Below, in pieces: positions 19,177 to 25,422 of a DNA stretch of 32,000 nt (the stretch's first letter is position 1; each line of letters begins with the position of its first letter). The position numbers were made by a program, and so were the translations under genes. This DNA is from an uncultured archaeon (GTDB taxonomy: Archaea; Iainarchaeota; Iainarchaeia; Iainarchaeales; 0-14-0-20-30-16): the NCBI GenBank assembly GCA_964595665.1, contig CAZQQS010000001.1, forward strand, positions 30,001 to 62,000, written 5' to 3'. The notes under the pieces were generated by a model. It saw nothing but the letters and a program-made list of their open reading frames with translations, was not told where the DNA came from and did not search any database.

Positions 19177-19465
19177 TGAATTTTTAAACAAAAAAGAATT
19201 GCAAGGCGAAATTGTTATTTATAATTCTAATATAGATATAAGCAATAAAATAGTAGTTGTAGAAACTACAAATCCTTTTATGGCTCCTCAATTAGTTAAT
19301 AGTATAGGTTTAATTGTAGAATCTGGAGGCTTATTAAGTCATACAGCTATATTTGCTAGAGAATTAAATATTCCTTGTGTTAGAATTGAAAATGCAACAA
19401 AACTATTTAAAAATGGTCAAAAAATAGAAATAAATGAGGCTGGAGAAGTAAATATTTTGAAGTGA
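19166..19465 (+). CDS. stand-alone PEP-utilising enzyme mobile (swivelling phosphohistidine) domain, 99 aa
   Basis: NSIGLIVESGGLLSHTAIFARELNIPCV matches the GG.tSHaAI.ARE.giP signature of the PpsA/PPDK/EI swivel domain. GGGGAT SD lies 4 nt before the ATG. Confidence 0.8.
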   Translation: MIINEFLNKKELQGEIVIYNSNIDISNKIVVVETTNPFMAPQLVNSIGLIVESGGLLSHTAIFARELNIPCVRIENATKLFKNGQKIEINEAGEVNILK

Positions 19466-19680
19466 TATATTAATTTTTTAAAAAGTTACAAAACACTATA
19501 AAGACCCTAAGAATTTATTGCAAAAGATAATGAATTATACCTCAAAACATTGAAAAACTAAAAAATGAGTATTTATAAGATTTTGCAACTTATTATTTAT
19601 TGGCAAGAATAGGATTCTATAGTGCCACCTATAACTATTATATATAAATTAAGATATAATATATAAACAGAGTGATTTTT

Positions 19681-20433
19681 ATGTTAAATAAGAAAGATTT
19701 TATTAAACAGACAGAAAAAGCGATTCAAGAATATTCTGAAAATAATATTGAAGAACAGAGTTTATTGAAAGCTTTATCTAATTATGATTTATATCAAAAA
19801 CAATTTAATACTTTTTTTGAATATTTAAAAGATTGGTACAATTTACATAATAGTAAAAAATATGATGATTTGAAAAAAGATAATTATAAGTTTGTAAAAT
19901 ATTTAGCAGAAGCAGAAATAAAAGAATTAGAAGATGAAATATATTTGTCTAAAGGTTTAGAAAAAGAGGATTTATTGCAAATCAAGAATTTAGCCGTTAC
20001 ATTAATAGCAATTTATTCAAATTCGTCTAAGATAGAGAATTTCTTAACAAAGAAAGTAAAATTAATGTATCCTAATTTAGTTAATATTTTAGGTCCAATA
20101 TTAACTGTAAGATTTTTGAATCAAGCACATTCTTTAGTTAGATTAGCTTTTTTACCCTCATCAACATTACAATTGTTTGGTGCAGAAACTGCAATGTTTA
20201 AGCATTTAAAATTTGGTAAAGATTGTCCGAAATATGGTTTATTATATTTACATCCATTAATGGCTGGTTTAACTGCTAATCAGAAAGGAAAGTTAGCAAG
20301 AGTAATGGCTAATAAGATTGCATTAGCATCAAAATATGATTTATTAAAAAAACCTTTACATGAAGAATTATTAGAAGATGTTGAAAAGAAACAAAAAGAT
20401 TTATTAAAAGAAAAACCATTAAAGAGAAGATGA
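19681..20433 (+). CDS. nop5: Nop5 (Nop56/58) C/D sRNP protein, short form lacking the N-terminal domain
   Basis: Nop domain motifs YPNLVNILGPILTVRFL..LPSSTLQLFGAETAMFKHLK..PKYGLLYLHP...KGKLARVMANKIALASKYD. NOSIC-like LKDWYNLH. AGTGAT SD precedes ATG 19681. Confidence 0.85.
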   Translation: MLNKKDFIKQTEKAIQEYSENNIEEQSLLKALSNYDLYQKQFNTFFEYLKDWYNLHNSKKYDDLKKDNYKFVKYLAEAEIKELEDEIYLSKGLEKEDLLQIKNLAVTLIAIYSNSSKIENFLTKKVKLMYPNLVNILGPILTVRFLNQAHSLVRLAFLPSSTLQLFGAETAMFKHLKFGKDCPKYGLLYLHPLMAGLTANQKGKLARVMANKIALASKYDLLKKPLHEELLEDVEKKQKDLLKEKPLKRR

Positions 20434-20438
20434 TGTTT

Positions 20439-21074
20439 ATGAATTCAAATTTAGTTTATATAAAAGATAAATTATTTACAAAGAGTTTAGATAATTTAAA
20501 ATGGTATGATGAGCAAGTAATAAAGAAAGAAGATTATTATTTGAGAGAATGGAGTCCATTTTCTTCAAAGATTTCTGCAGCGATTAAGAAAGGTTTTGTT
20601 TTGCCTGATTTACAAAACAAAGAAATATTGTATTTAGGATCAAGTACAGGAACAACAATATCACATTTATCTGATTTGCAAGCAAAAGCAATTATTGGTG
20701 TAGATATTGCTTCAGTAACAATGTTGCCATTTTTAGAGTTAGCGAAAAAAAGAGAAAATATTTATCCTTTATTATTTGATGCGGGTCATTTAGATGAATG
20801 CGATTTATTGAAAGGTCAAAAATTTGATTTTGTTTTTCAAGATATTGCTCAAAAGAATATGGTTGAAACATTTATTTTTAATATTAAATTATTTGGTAAA
20901 AATGGTTTCCATGCAATAGCTTTGAAAGCATCAAGTATTGATTCAACAAAAACTTCAAAACAAATTTTGGATTTATCTTTAAAGAAATTTGAAGATGCAA
21001 AAATTAAAGTTGAAAAGATAATTGATTTGAGTCCATTTGAAAAGAATCATTATTTTATAGTAATAAGGTATTAA
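20439..21074 (+). CDS. flpA: fibrillarin (rRNA/tRNA 2'-O-methyltransferase)
   Basis: LREWSPFSSKISAAI and ILYLGSSTGTTISHLSD (SAM motif I), plus FDAGH, FQDIAQ and ALKASSIDST. The start follows the nop5 stop closely. Confidence 0.9.
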   Translation: MNSNLVYIKDKLFTKSLDNLKWYDEQVIKKEDYYLREWSPFSSKISAAIKKGFVLPDLQNKEILYLGSSTGTTISHLSDLQAKAIIGVDIASVTMLPFLELAKKRENIYPLLFDAGHLDECDLLKGQKFDFVFQDIAQKNMVETFIFNIKLFGKNGFHAIALKASSIDSTKTSKQILDLSLKKFEDAKIKVEKIIDLSPFEKNHYFIVIRY

Positions 21075-21075
21075 A

Positions 21076-21630
21076 ATGGATTCAAAAAAAATTAAGACAT
21101 TAATAATTTTCTTATTCTTATTATTATTCTTAATAAGTTTTTCTTTATTTTTGTATTTATATGGTTTTGATTGGATTGTTAATACTTTGCATATAAGACA
21201 TACTTATTTATTAGGGTTTTTTGCGTGTTTATTGGGTGGCATATCTACTATTTCAGCATCAATTTATTTGCCCATAATGACTTCTTTTGTTATTGCGGGT
21301 TCAAATCCTTTATTATTGGGTATAATTGGTGGAATTGGTTTAGCTATAAGTGATATATTTTTCTTTTATATTAGTTTAAAAGGTAGAGAATTAATCCCAA
21401 AGGGTAAATTTGAGGATTTTTTAATAAGATTAGAACAGAAGTTTATGCATTTGGGTAATTTTTGGGTTGGTTTATTTATAATTCTTTATGTAATGACTCC
21501 TTTTCCAAATGATATATTAAATTTAACCTTAGCTTTTGTTAAATACCCTACACATAAAGTGGTAAAATTTTTATTTGTTGGGGACATAATATATATGACT
21601 GCGTTTTGTTTAATTATAAGTTTATTTTGA
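21076..21630 (+). CDS. hypothetical integral membrane protein (about 5 TM)
   Basis: Hydrophobic segments throughout. AAGGTAT SD 4 nt before the ATG, and 1 nt after the fibrillarin stop. Confidence 0.55.
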   Translation: MDSKKIKTLIIFLFLLLFLISFSLFLYLYGFDWIVNTLHIRHTYLLGFFACLLGGISTISASIYLPIMTSFVIAGSNPLLLGIIGGIGLAISDIFFFYISLKGRELIPKGKFEDFLIRLEQKFMHLGNFWVGLFIILYVMTPFPNDILNLTLAFVKYPTHKVVKFLFVGDIIYMTAFCLIISLF

Positions 21631-21639
21631 GGTGATTAT

Positions 21640-22161
21640 ATGGGAAATACTAAAGAGAATTTGTTGAGTGCATTTAGTGGCGAAAGTCAAGCAAGAAATA
21701 AATATGATTATTTTGCTAAAGTTGCTAGAAAAGAAGGTTATTTGTATATTGCAAAAATATTTGAAGAAACTGCATTAAATGAAATGCAACATGCAAAAGA
21801 TGAATATAAATTATTAGAAGGTTTGGGTAATACTATTGATTGTTTAAAAAAAGCTATTGATGGCGAAAATTATGAAGTAAATGAAATGTACCCTGAATTT
21901 GCAAGAATTGCTAAAGAAGAGGGTAATTTAGAGGCATATAATTTATTTAATCAAATTGCAAAAGTAGAAAAAGAACATGAAGCAAGATATAGAAAGTTAT
22001 TAGAATTGGTTGAACAAGGTAAAGTATATAAAAGAGATAATTCAATAAGGTGGAAATGTTCTAAATGTGGGTATATTCATGAAGGTACCGAACCACCTAT
22101 AAAATGCCCTTCTTGTAAACATGAAAAAGAATATTATGAACCAGAATGTATGGATTTTTAA
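21640..22161 (+). CDS. rbr: rubrerythrin
   Basis: Diiron four-helix motifs (ESQARNKY, NEMQHAK, EKEHEARY) plus a C-terminal rubredoxin WKCSKCGYIHEG...CPSCKH. Confidence 0.9.
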   Translation: MGNTKENLLSAFSGESQARNKYDYFAKVARKEGYLYIAKIFEETALNEMQHAKDEYKLLEGLGNTIDCLKKAIDGENYEVNEMYPEFARIAKEEGNLEAYNLFNQIAKVEKEHEARYRKLLELVEQGKVYKRDNSIRWKCSKCGYIHEGTEPPIKCPSCKHEKEYYEPECMDF

Positions 22162-22291
22162 AAAATACATGTTATTTATTTAAAGGAAAACTATATATAG
22201 TGGGATAAATCATAATATATTATTAGATTTACGAGGTGATGATTGATGAGTATAAATAATTCAAATAATAGAAGGGGTCAAGTTCATCACT

Positions 22292-22495
22292 TTGGAGACA
22301 ATATATAAAGTATCATTGGATAGTAAATCTAGACTAGTTTTACCTTTAGAAATACGCGATTCTTTGGGCTTAGATAAAAATAATAAGCAATTAATTCTAA
22401 AGCTTTTTAAGGATAACGATTCATTATTATTAAAGTTAGAGAAGTCAGATTTATCTATTGGTAAGTTAGTTTCTAAAAATTGTATGCTATTATAA
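22292..22495 (+). CDS. AbrB/SpoVT-type (swapped-hairpin) small DNA-binding protein, orphan antitoxin-like; start unclear and possibly frameshifted
   Basis: YKVSLDSKSRLVLPLEIRDSLGL fits the AbrB/MazE fold signature. The only start in frame is TTG 22292, with no good SD. A strong GAGGTGAT SD plus ATG at 22246 opens a different frame that stops at 22306-22308. Confidence 0.5.
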   Translation: METIYKVSLDSKSRLVLPLEIRDSLGLDKNNKQLILKLFKDNDSLLLKLEKSDLSIGKLVSKNCMLL

Positions 22496-22583
22496 AATTT
22501 GTGTTGGCACACAAACTTTGTCTGAAAGACGTGTTTCTTTTGGATAAATTTTAGATTTTTCTTTACAAAGAAAAGGATATAGT

Positions 22584-22656
22584 GTCTGAGGTAGTCTAGT
22601 GGTTAGGATAGAAGACTGTGGATCTTCTGACCCGGGTTCGAATCCCGGTCTCGGAC
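22584..22656 (+). tRNA. tRNA-His (anticodon GTG) with genomically encoded G-1
   Basis: Acceptor tctgagg/tctcgga (two G-U pairs). G-1 (22584) sits opposite discriminator C73 (22656). D arm gtct/ggat; anticodon stem gaaga/tcttc with loop ctgtgga; 4-nt variable loop; T arm ccggg-ttcgaat-cccgg. Confidence 0.9.
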
Positions 22657-22679
22657 CTTTTGTGGAATTGCAAATTCCA
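22636..22679. repeat. 44-nt direct repeat, copy 1 (tRNA-His positions 53-73 plus 23 nt of trailer)
   Basis: gttcgaatcccggtctcggaccttttgtggaattgcaaattcca is identical to 22750-22793. Confidence 0.95.
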
Positions 22680-22749
22680 CTCAAAGCCACGACTGTGGCT
22701 TTGGTAACATCTATTTTGGTAGGGCGGCAACCTTTTTCTAAAAGGGCTC

Positions 22750-22793
22750 GTTCGAATCCCGGTCTCGGACCTTTTGTGGAATTGCAAATTCCA
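22750..22793. repeat. 44-nt direct repeat, copy 2 (no tRNA 5' part in front of it)
   Basis: Perfect copy of 22636-22679. The preceding bases gctc cannot form the T stem, and no acceptor 5' strand is present. Confidence 0.95.
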
Positions 22794-22803
22794 AATCTTT
22801 TTT
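22777..22803 (+). terminator. hairpin plus T6 after repeat copy 2
   Basis: tggaatt-gca-aattcca followed by aatc and tttttt (22798-22803). Confidence 0.5.
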
Positions 22804-22835
22804 GATTCTTATTGTTTCGAGTGGCCATACTTGTT

Positions 22836-22853
22836 ATAAGTGTGCACACTTAT
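22836..22853. promoter_or_regulatory. 18-bp perfect palindrome, candidate operator of the RHH-MazF operon
   Basis: ataagtgtgcacacttat is its own reverse complement. It is followed by a tttataaa TATA-like box and lies about 40 nt upstream of the RHH start. Confidence 0.5.
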
Positions 22854-22891
22854 TTATAAATCTTTTGTGTCTTATATTACTAGGTGATTTT

Positions 22892-23095
22892 ATGACTAAT
22901 GTAACTTTTTCTTTACCCAATGAAACTTATGCTTTTATGAAAAAATATAATGAAGTTAAATGGAGTGTTGTTGTTCAAAAATCAATAAATCAATATATTG
23001 CAAAATTAGAGCAAGATGAAGATTTTTTAGAAAAATATTCTGTTAAAAAATTGTTTGAAGAAGGTGAAGAAGCGGATGCAATCTTTGATTTATAA
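22892..23095 (+). CDS. ribbon-helix-helix (CopG-like) antitoxin candidate, 67 aa
   Basis: The N-terminus MTNVTFSLPNETYAFMKK looks like an RHH beta-strand plus helix. AGGTGAT lies 3 nt before ATG 22892. The track start at 22802 runs through the palindrome/promoter region. Confidence 0.6.
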   Translation: MTNVTFSLPNETYAFMKKYNEVKWSVVVQKSINQYIAKLEQDEDFLEKYSVKKLFEEGEEADAIFDL

Positions 23096-23426
23096 TTTTG
23101 GAGATATTTTTGTTGCAAAAAATCCATATTCTGATTTAGTTTCTAGTAAAACAAGACCTGTAATAATTATTAGTCCTAATAAGTATAATAATTTGTATCA
23201 AGATGTTGTAGTATTAAGTATAACTACTCAAGATAAAGATCTTAATATTTCTCAATTAATTTCAAATAATGATTTAGTTGATAAAAAATTAAAACAAATT
23301 AGTTTTATAAGAGTAGATAAACCAAATTCAATATCTAAACAAATATTAGAATATAAAATAACATCTTTAAAACCAGAAATATTAATTAAATTAAAGCAAA
23401 AAATAAAAGAATTCTATAATTTATGA
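23076..23426 (+). CDS. MazF/PemK-family toxin candidate
   Basis: FGDIFVAKNPYSDLVSSKTRPVIIISP....VVVLSITTQ fits the GDI..v.f......K.RP.vv.s......v...piT pattern. It overlaps the RHH gene's 3' end. Confidence 0.65.
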   Translation: MQSLIYNFGDIFVAKNPYSDLVSSKTRPVIIISPNKYNNLYQDVVVLSITTQDKDLNISQLISNNDLVDKKLKQISFIRVDKPNSISKQILEYKITSLKPEILIKLKQKIKEFYNL

Positions 23427-23601
23427 TTCGTATGTTAAAATATGTTTATCATGGTAGAATTTAAAAATCAAAAACAGAATAAGAATATAGATTCTAAAAA
23501 CTTATTGATGAAAAACACAATGTTATATATTATTTTTATTAGAGAAACCTTTTTATAGTTTATCTATTTATTTAAGTATTATTCTTAGGAGGTATTTTAA
23601 A

Positions 23602-23805
23602 ATGGCTAAGAAAGTTAATTGGGTAGCTGCATTGTTATTATCTATTTTTTTAGGTAGTTTTGGTGTAGATAGATTTTATATGGGTCAAGTAGGCTTAGGA
23701 ATATTAAAATTAATCACTTTAGGTGGTTGTGGTATTTGGTCTTTAGTAGATATTATATTAATAGCTACAAAACATCAATATGAAGGTATTGAATGGGAAT
23801 TTTAA
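23602..23805 (+). CDS. TM2-domain membrane protein
   Basis: AALLLSIFLGSFGVDRFYMGQVGLGILKL.TLGGCGIWSLVDIILI is the TM2 signature. AGGAGGT SD upstream. Confidence 0.85.
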   Translation: MAKKVNWVAALLLSIFLGSFGVDRFYMGQVGLGILKLITLGGCGIWSLVDIILIATKHQYEGIEWEF

Positions 23806-23814
23806 GGTGTTAAA

Positions 23815-24231
23815 ATAACATCTTTCTTTTCTTCTTTTTTTTCTTTTTTTAAGAAAATTTGGGAAACGTTTTTAGATTTTCTAACATTATCAAATAGAAA
23901 ATATAGGTTAATTGTTTTTTCAATAATAATTTTATTATTAGTAATTATTCCAGTATCAACATTAGAAAAGAGTCCAACTATAAGTATAAATTATTTGCTC
24001 TTTAAACCATTTGAAGGTAAATGTGTTAACATTTTACAACACGATTATTGCGATTACCCTAGTAAAGGAATAACAAGAGGAGTTTCATCTATATTGCATT
24101 TAGAATTTGAGCAAGCATATAATTACAATCCAATTTCGTTTTTGGTTTTATTAATTTTGTTTGGAATTATAATTTGGGATATTTTTTATTTAATATGTTC
24201 TTCTAAGAAATATTCAACTGCTTTTGGATAA
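23815..24231 (+). CDS. DUF2752-like membrane protein; start codon unresolved
   Basis: LFKPFEGKC....C......GITRG....L....EQAYNYNP resembles the DUF2752 core, with TM segments on both sides. The frame is open from right after the TM2 stop, but there is no ATG/GTG/TTG before TTG 23995. ATA 23815 follows a GGTGTT SD-like site. Confidence 0.4.
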   Translation: MTSFFSSFFSFFKKIWETFLDFLTLSNRKYRLIVFSIIILLLVIIPVSTLEKSPTISINYLLFKPFEGKCVNILQHDYCDYPSKGITRGVSSILHLEFEQAYNYNPISFLVLLILFGIIIWDIFYLICSSKKYSTAFG

Positions 24232-25418
24232 ACTTCCCAAGACCAAACACCTTTCATTGCAGCAATATTAATTTTCTTTTCATTTTCTTTAAAATATGTT
24301 TTGCCAAATTTATTTTCAATAGTGTTTAACATTTCATTATATTTTTTTAACCCAAATATATATCCTACTTTAGTCCAGGTTTGTAAAAATCTATTCTTTG
24401 AATCGTTTTTGAACCAATCTGCCCAATAATAATTTTTAGTTATTTTTAATATCTCATTATATCCATTAAATCCTTTTTCTTTTTGTTCTCTATCTTTAGT
24501 TAATCCAAAATATAATGACTCTATTCTAAATTGTGTTTTTAATTCAGTATTTAATTTAGAATATTCTATATCAAAATTATTTAATTCTAATTCTTTATAT
24601 TTATTTTTTAAAAAATCAAATGCTTCGTTTTCTCTATAAGTTGCAATGCCTTCTGTTACAGGCATTTGTGAAAATAATCTAAAATCACTAGTTAATTGTA
24701 ATGTTTTAGGTAGATCTCTAGAATATATTTGATGTGCTCCATGCCCTAATAGTTCATGGAAACCTACGCAATATGCATTAATTGGTTTAATTAATATTTT
24801 TTTGTTTTGTAAAATATGATAAAAACCATATGATCCTAAATTCAATATTTTTTTGTCAGCTTGCCAATAACTCATTTCTGTATTTGTTTCTTTAGGGGGT
24901 AATAAAAATATGTTATAATCAAAATTTTTAGGCAAATATTTTTTTTTGATTCCATATGTTAAAATATCTTTTTTTATTTTTGGTAAAATATTTTTAGTTA
25001 ATTCTTTTGCATCATCAGTAAATCTGTTTATCTTAATTTTATTAACTTCTCGTTCCATTTCAGAATATTTCCATTTTTTTTCATAGGGTACATTTTTCAT
25101 ATGGTATTCTAAATATTTAAATGAACCTTTACCCATTGTACTATCTAACATTTTTTTTACAGTATAAGGAGAATCTTTGTTTGTAAAAAAATCAATTATT
25201 ATATCATTTATTTTTAAGTTAGATAAAATATTTTCTAAATATAATTCTTCAAAATAATTTTTAGAATTTGAATCATTAACTTTATTTTTTATTTCTTTTA
25301 GTTTTTTAGTATATAATTCTTTTACATATAAATTGCTTTTATTATTTAATAGTGTGGATATTAATATATAAAAATCATATATATCCAAATCTAATTTTTG
25401 TAATTCTTTACTTAACAT
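24186..25418 (-). CDS. DUF885-like putative metallopeptidase-fold protein (HExxxH)
   Basis: GFHELLGHGAHQ followed by PVTEGIATYRENEA resembles, from memory, the DUF885 HE..PGHH.Q ... EGWA.Y.E pattern. GATGAT lies 3 nt before ATG 25418. Only 4 nt separate it from the HerA-like stop. Confidence 0.55.
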   Translation of the reverse strand: MLSKELQKLDLDIYDFYILISTLLNNKSNLYVKELYTKKLKEIKNKVNDSNSKNYFEELYLENILSNLKINDIIIDFFTNKDSPYTVKKMLDSTMGKGSFKYLEYHMKNVPYEKKWKYSEMEREVNKIKINRFTDDAKELTKNILPKIKKDILTYGIKKKYLPKNFDYNIFLLPPKETNTEMSYWQADKKILNLGSYGFYHILQNKKILIKPINAYCVGFHELLGHGAHQIYSRDLPKTLQLTSDFRLFSQMPVTEGIATYRENEAFDFLKNKYKELELNNFDIEYSKLNTELKTQFRIESLYFGLTKDREQKEKGFNGYNEILKITKNYYWADWFKNDSKNRFLQTWTKVGYIFGLKKYNEMLNTIENKFGKTYFKENEKKINIAAMKGVWSWEVYPKAVEYFLEEHIK

Positions 25419-25422
25419 AAAA

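Noticed and set aside
22236-22243. C-box-like gtgatga (and similar tgatga strings at 10791, 20428 and 23497) as box C/D sRNA genes
   Set aside because: Each is either the SD region of a gene or lacks a CTGA D box at the appropriate 40-70 nt distance. No convincing C/D sRNA could be assembled.
22657-22770. A second tRNA gene ending at repeat copy 2
   Set aside because: Copy 2 supplies only G53, the T loop, the 3' T-stem and the 3' acceptor strand. The bases in front (gctc) cannot pair with cccgg. No sequence complementary to tctcgga exists in the spacer, and the spacer hairpin has a 4-nt loop, not an anticodon loop.
22490-22849. Track ORFs 22490..22849(-), 22596..22787(-) and 22599..22805(+) across the tRNA-His/repeat region
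   Set aside because: They exist only because the GC-rich tRNA and repeat sequence lacks stop codons. They overlap a well-folded tRNA, and their repeated peptide segments simply mirror the 44-nt DNA repeat.
22802-22891. N-terminal 30-aa extension of the RHH ORF (track start 22802)
   Set aside because: It would read through the terminator T-run, the 18-bp palindrome and the TATA-like box. AGGTGAT followed by ATG at 22892 gives a typical 67-aa RHH protein.
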